From NCBI RefSeq assembly GCF_006345805.1, contig NC_043006.1, positions 58,652,001-58,716,000 of the forward strand: a stretch of DNA of 64,000 nucleotides. The letters run 5' to 3'. Position 1 is the first letter of the stretch; the number at the start of each line of letters is the position of its first letter. Positions 61,629-64,000 of the stretch are shown in pieces. The notes under the pieces are model-generated. The model was not told the DNA's origin. It saw nothing but the letters and a program-made list of their open reading frames with translations, and made no database searches. A program made the translations under genes and the position numbers. This DNA is from Octopus sinensis. Its lineage: Eukaryota.

Positions 61629-61930
61629 AGTAGGTGAATGAATTATCCTATGTTTATTGTCAGCATGGAAAATTTGTTTAACCGAAACCTGGGTAGCAAA
61701 TTCACGTCAGAAAATACGGTTGAATCGACCTGTCAAGGGTAGAAACTCCGGGTTCTTGTGTAGAAATTTGTGTGTTGTATATGAATAAATGAAAGAATGG
61801 AGTTGAACGAAGATATTAACAAAATTCCTTTACTCTCGACACGTTTCGAAGACAGCACATTCTTATTCCGAAGGAATAAAGGGTGCATTATGCAATCTTC
61901 TCATCAGGAAAGATAAGGAGCCTCTCTCAA
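61625..61930 (-). mobile_element. Penelope pseudo-LTR
   Basis: Lies 3' of the Penelope ORF at 62.4-63.6 kb and is homologous to the sequence 5' of the Penelope RT at 57.8-58.0 kb (GGGTAGCAAA...GGTAGAAACTCCGGGTT). Confidence 0.7.
61833..61912 (-). ncRNA. Type I hammerhead ribozyme with minimal stem III and extended stem II
   Basis: CUUUC-CUGAUGA-GAAGAU...GUCUUC-GAAA-CGU-GUC-GAGAG. Stem I CUUUC/GAGAG; GUC cleavage triplet; stem II extended to a UAUUCC-UUC-GGAAUA hairpin. Confidence 0.75.
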
Positions 61931-62375
61931 CCACAAGACGAACAAAAACTTCGATGATTGCCTACATGGTGACCACAGCGATAATGAGTGTTTTTTTTTT
62001 TAAATCCGTTATAAGCATTGACGTCAAAAATGGGTAGAAGGAGGAAGTAAAAATAGGTAGGGGACAGTATGTTTGCTGTATGTATGGAGATGTGCAGGTG
62101 TGTACTTGTGTTAATGAGTGTGAGTGTTTGTGTGTGTGTATATAACTGCATTTGTGTGTGTGATTGTGTGTGTGAGAGAGAGACATACGTCAAATATACG
62201 TAGTAGTAAGGGGAAAATTTGTGTCTGTTTGATTGTGTGTGAGAGAGAGAAAAAAACATACGTCAAAGATATGTAGTAGCAATGGAATATATGAGTAATA
62301 GGTAGGGAAGAGGAATTGAACGTTGATTGAAAGAATGTTCGGAGGCATAGGAAAGAATTTCTCTATGGCAGTGGT

Positions 62376-63640
62376 GTGGACGTGAAACTAATTGTTAAAA
62401 CTAAAGTGGCTATCTTTATCATTTATATGAGTGGAAAGTGTGTTTCTGCCAATGTTTACATTTGTACGATTTTTCTGAGTGTGTTTACTAGGGGAACCTT
62501 AGCGAAAAGAATATGGAAGAGCTCAGAGTTACAAATGTTACAAAATCTGCCCTTATCAAAAGGAAAGGATACAGACAATATGAACCAATCCAACTTGAAA
62601 GTTATATTGTTGTCTTTAAGACTCCAAACTAATTTACTTAGCCCAGTACTATGCCGTTTTTTCCTATCTCTGAATGTCAAATAGTGATTGGAAATTCTCT
62701 TGGATAACTGAGAAGTGGTCGCACCTATATAGAAGATATCGGTACCGGAAGAAATTCTACACTGGTAAATGGAATTAATTTTGGAATTACTGGACAAAAA
62801 TTTTAATCTGTTAGGGTTTTCCTCCGAGATCGAGACGGAGTTTTTATTGTTATGGTTATTGTTTTTATTATTACTAGCGCTAACAACTACACTATTTCTA
62901 TTATTATTATTATTAATTGTACTACAACCAGCAATATCACCGACAATAGTACCGTTATTGTTGTTAGCATCAACACTACCATTGTTATTAACCCGACTAA
63001 TACTATTATTAATATTATCATTGTTAACACTATCGCTGCTACCAATGCTGGTACTATTAATACTATTTCTATTATAATTGTATGATGGGTTGGAATCTGT
63101 AAGATTAGTGTTGGAACTCCTGGGTGAAGAATCTTTGTTTAGCAGCTTGTTATTATGGGAAGAAATAATTTGTGAAAGATTCCTAGTGTTAGAGAATGCA
63201 ATTCTTACCTTATGTGAATTGATAATAGAATGATATCTATAATTACTGGGAAAGTTCCTAGCAACGGCTTCATGGAACTGTAAGGGAAGGTTCGATTGGA
63301 TTTGTTTTCCGAAAGGTATTACAAACCAGATACAGTTTTTTGTGGACTTTGAATTGTTCCTAGTGTTATTTGTGACAGTAAGGGGAAAATTTCTGTGTTG
63401 GAAATTTGGGGTTGGATGGCGCTTACCTCTCCTAGTCCGTAAAGGATTTATCTTATGTACAGGGGTGCTGGCACTATTAGAATTGAAATCATTATTTTTA
63501 TTACGAGTTACTTTACTATCTTGAGAAGCAGATGTTGGTTTAGAATGAGCTGGGTCGATGTATGATATTTTTTCCTTATAACCGGCTCTTGACAAGGCGG
63601 CGTTATAGAATTCTGCTTTTTGGTTAAAGATGTCGACATA
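62376..63640 (-). mobile_element. Penelope-like element, 3' part (RT thumb plus GIY-YIG endonuclease)
   Basis: 379-aa ORF 62456-63595 with CIWFVIPF, KVRIAFSNTRNLSQIISSHN and SIYQCRI...FYIGAT...RISNHYLTFR...STGLSKLVWSLK...CNICNSE; contains an Asn-rich linker expansion. Confidence 0.9.
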
Positions 63641-63823
63641 TATATATAATTGAAGAAGTTACCATTATTGTTGTCAGCATTTATGTCTGCTTCATGTGAA
63701 ATCAATTTGCTTATTGATCCAAAATGACCTCCACAGATGATGAGAAGCAGAAGTGTCATACTTTCAGAGTTCTTAATTTCTAAATTCATTGAATCCTTTG
63801 TGGAGGTAAAAATAGAACATATA

Positions 63824-63864
<41 letters not shown>

Positions 63865-64000
63865 AATTGAGATAGGGGTTGTAAATGCAACCCTCCATGG
63901 GATAACATATATCCAATATACTGCTAGTGAAGTACCCAACAAAGTTAATACATAAATGTTAAGAATTGCGATGCAATTAATTCATTTACTGTATTATATG

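Larger units (their letters stand above)
60235..63795 (-). pseudogene. Second ankyrin exon type, four copies
   Basis: Copies at 63663-63795 (open: DSMNLEIKNSESMTLLLLIICGGHFGSISKLISHEADINADNNNG, phase 0 to 1), 61424-61558 and 61247-61379 (in-frame TAG), and 60235-60366 (1-nt shorter at the acceptor). All have a CCACAAAG acceptor and GTAACT donor, flanked by (TA)n. Confidence 0.7.

Noticed and set aside
62769-63085. Leu/Ile-rich hydrophobic ORFs on the + strand
   Set aside because: Antisense reading of the Asn-rich (AAT/AAC) linker of the Penelope ORF.

Overview
AT-rich, repeat-dense animal genomic DNA, most likely an octopus or other coleoid cephalopod (inferred from the SINE families and general repeat content, not proven). 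The left half holds one intact gene, HUS1 (9-1-1 checkpoint clamp subunit; 8 coding exons, 7907-29065, + strand, 285 aa), with a divergent tRNA-Arg(CCG) about 560 bp upstream. Its introns are filled with SINEs, a long-TIR MITE, a ~157-bp tandem array, and Gypsy, mariner and Helitron remnants. The right half (about 30-64 kb) is a graveyard of transposon remnants (Gypsy, Tc1, Merlin, HERO/NeSL-like, pogo, Tx1/L1, Helitron, several Penelope-like elements), almost all on the minus strand. It surrounds a 14-kb array of about 32 tandem units of ~315-330 bp. Each unit is one ankyrin-repeat exon (ancestrally 155 nt, phase 0 to 2) with its own splice acceptor and donor, and the units are diversified and mosaic. 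A second ankyrin exon type is repeated four times at 60-64 kb. Minimal hammerhead ribozyme motifs occur in a tRNA-headed SINE pair (6.2-6.7 kb) and in a Penelope pseudo-LTR (61.8-61.9 kb). The ankyrin exon-cassette array is the most interesting object: it could be a Dscam-like alternative-exon or gene-conversion library, or a decaying exon-derived satellite. All motif calls were made by eye, with no database searches.
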